A DNA stretch of 64,000 nucleotides. It comes from an uncultured Solirubrobacterales bacterium (lineage in GTDB: Bacteria > Actinomycetota > Thermoleophilia > Solirubrobacterales > JBBDJG01). The stretch lies in contig CAWFMD010000006.1 in assembly GCA_963816975.1 (NCBI GenBank), forward strand, positions 1,374,465 through 1,438,464. The letters are read 5' to 3'. The notes under the pieces were generated by a model, which saw only the letters and a program-made list of their open reading frames with translations, did no database searches and was not told where the DNA came from. Shown here one piece after another: positions 62,497 to 64,000 of this stretch; within the stretch, counting starts at the first letter, position 1, and each line of letters opens with the position of its first letter. Made by a program: the position numbers and the translations under genes.

Positions 62497-63203
62497 CACG
62501 GAGCGGGTTCCAGCTCGTACGTGCCCCAGGCCGGCCGGCCCATCAGCGTCCAGCGAAAGAAGGTGATGGCGAGCGTTGCGCCGTTCAGCGGCATCGGGCC
62601 TCCCGAGATCGCCTCCCCCGACAGGCGTGCCGGAAGCTCGTCGCCGGGCCGGTAGAGCTCGGCTCCGGCCTTTTTCGGGAGTCCGTCCGCCCCGTAGATC
62701 GTGGAGAGCCGCACCTCCTCGAACACCTGCGCGCCGGTTCCGCCCTGCGCGGAGATCTCGCATGCCGCGACCAGCTCGTCGCCGTGCGGCGACGCACTGT
62801 CGGGGCGGATCGCGGCGACGCTCACGAGTGAGCCCTCGGCGGTGGCGGCGGTCACGAACCGGCGCCGCCGTGCGCCGACGGGGTCAGCCGTGGAGCGGGT
62901 TCGCAGGGCCAGTCCGTGCAACGACTTGGGCCGCCCACCGACGGCCATCGTGCCCTCCACCTCGCACAGCTGCATGGACCGGTCGACTCCGGCGGCCGCG
63001 CCCTGCGCCAGTGGCGCCAGCGTGACGTCGATGGTCACGCCCTCCGCTTCCACTCGCGCGCGCGCGTCGCCGAGCTCGACAGCCGGCCCGCGCGCGGCCG
63101 TCACCGTGCCCTGCGCGAACACGAGCGCGGCGTGCCCCCGAATGGCCGCGAACAACTCTCGCTCCGGGGACCAGACGTCGAGTCCGGCCAGCTCGCCGCT
63201 CAC
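62496..63203 (-). CDS. Hypothetical protein (235 aa)
   Basis: GTG 63203 forms a GTGA overlap with the fxsA stop. Beta-rich, coding-like composition. The upstream part of track ORF 62496..63716 overlaps fxsA and is rejected. Confidence 0.5.
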   Translation of the reverse strand: MSGELAGLDVWSPERELFAAIRGHAALVFAQGTVTAARGPAVELGDARARVEAEGVTIDVTLAPLAQGAAAGVDRSMQLCEVEGTMAVGGRPKSLHGLALRTRSTADPVGARRRRFVTAATAEGSLVSVAAIRPDSASPHGDELVAACEISAQGGTGAQVFEEVRLSTIYGADGLPKKAGAELYRPGDELPARLSGEAISGGPMPLNGATLAITFFRWTLMGRPAWGTYELEPAP

Positions 63204-63673
63204 CGGCCGGGAGGCTCCAGGCTGCGGGGCGGCTGCGGCTCCACCGGCTCTGCATGCGGGCGCGGCCGCGGCGGGGGAGAGCCTGGCTGCACCACCACGC
63301 CGGCCCAGCGCAGCGGCCCGCGGCGGGCCAGCATGCGCGTGATGGCGCCCGCGATCGCCGTGCGGGTGGGCGGGAGCAGCAGCGAGAGGCCCACCACATC
63401 CGAGATGAAGCCTGGTGTGAGCAGGAATGCTCCGCCCATCATCACGAGCGCACCGTGCAGGATCTCGCGGTGCGGCATGCGCCCGCCCGCCAGCGCCTCG
63501 CGGAAGGAGGCCCAGACCCGCCGGCCCTGCGATCGCAGCAGCATCGCGCCCACGATCGAGTCCACGATCAGCAGCCCCACGGTCGGCAGGGCCCCGATCG
63601 CCTGGCCGACCTGGATGATCACGTAGATCTCCGCGATCGGCACGAGGATGAACAGCAGGATCAGGAAAGGCAT
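63200..63673 (-). CDS. fxsA: FxsA family membrane protein
   Basis: MPFLILLFILVPIAEIYVIIQVG..LLTPGFISDVVGL is the FxsA signature. Confidence 0.85.
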   Translation of the reverse strand: MPFLILLFILVPIAEIYVIIQVGQAIGALPTVGLLIVDSIVGAMLLRSQGRRVWASFREALAGGRMPHREILHGALVMMGGAFLLTPGFISDVVGLSLLLPPTRTAIAGAITRMLARRGPLRWAGVVVQPGSPPPRPRPHAEPVEPQPPRSLEPPGR

Positions 63674-63713
63674 CCCCGGCAGGGTACCGAGGGGCGTTGT
63701 CTACAATCGCGGA

Positions 63714-64000
63714 CATGGCTGACGAAGCAACGCAAAGCGGCGCACCCGACCGCGACGACGTCTGGGAGGCGCTCGAGAACGTGATCGACCCCGAGCTGGG
63801 GCTCGACTTCGTCTCGCTCGGGCTCGTCTACGACGTCGAGCTGGAGGGCAACGACGTCCACATCACGTTCACGCTCACGTCACCGGGATGCCCGATCGGG
63901 CCCCAGGTGACCGAGCAGATGAAGGAGTACGTGAGCGAGGTCGCGGGCGTCGAGAAGGTCTTGCCGAAGATGATCTTCACGCCACCGTGGTCCCCGGAGA
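63714..64000 (+). CDS. DUF59 / SufT-PaaD-like Fe-S cluster assembly protein (3'-truncated at window edge)
   Basis: VWEALENVIDPELGLDFVSLGLVYDV..TLTSPGCPIG. TACAAT at 63701-63706 ends 7 nt before ATG 63714, so a leaderless or near-leaderless transcript is possible. Confidence 0.8.

Noticed and set aside
1-64000. CRISPR arrays, transposases/IS elements, toxin-antitoxin pairs, restriction-modification or other known defence systems.
   Set aside because: I saw no spaced direct-repeat array, and no DDE/serine/tyrosine recombinase, Cas, methylase-endonuclease pair or other defence signature in any frame. The only tandem repeat is the 15-bp in-frame duplication at 42813..42849.

Overview
Very GC-rich (about 70% by eye, not computed) and densely coding. 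It looks like core chromosome of a high-GC Gram-positive bacterium. My guess is a deep-branching Actinomycetota lineage such as Thermoleophilia or Rubrobacteria, based only on composition and gene content. I support about 60 protein genes, one tRNA-Thr, one riboswitch candidate, several hairpin terminators and a few operator-like palindromes. No CRISPR array, transposase, integrase or recognisable defence system was seen. Gene content in order: (1) clpC'-VOC-Tat protein; (2) radA-disA-carD-ispD-PHP phosphatase-ispF-cysS-rlmB, followed by a Bacillus-type sigH; (3) a cytochrome c oxidase cluster (cupredoxin-ctaC-ctaD-X-ctaE-X') plus a convergent cytochrome c/cupredoxin lipoprotein; (4) three pseudopilin genes next to tRNA-Thr, and a nuclease pseudogene; (5) a plsC-gpsA fusion, an ECF sigma/anti-sigma pair and a CNNM transporter; (6) beta-oxidation genes at two loci sharing a TTGACT/AGTCAA palindrome; (7) a CHASE2-HD-GYP sensor with an NHL/FecR protein; (8) a CDF transporter, and a c-di-AMP (ydaO-type) riboswitch candidate ahead of an M23 peptidase; (9) lgt and lysA-hom-thrC-thrB; (10) a ParA-SDR pair, a stand-alone gltB, and a MarP-like protease; (11) fxsA and a 3'-truncated DUF59 gene. 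The best candidate for something undescribed is an unrecognised ~125-aa domain. It occurs three times and is translationally coupled into the cta oxidase operon. Many long Arg/Ala/Pro-rich ORFs in the track are alternate-frame artefacts of the GC content and were not annotated. All family calls come from motifs read by eye; no database search was run.
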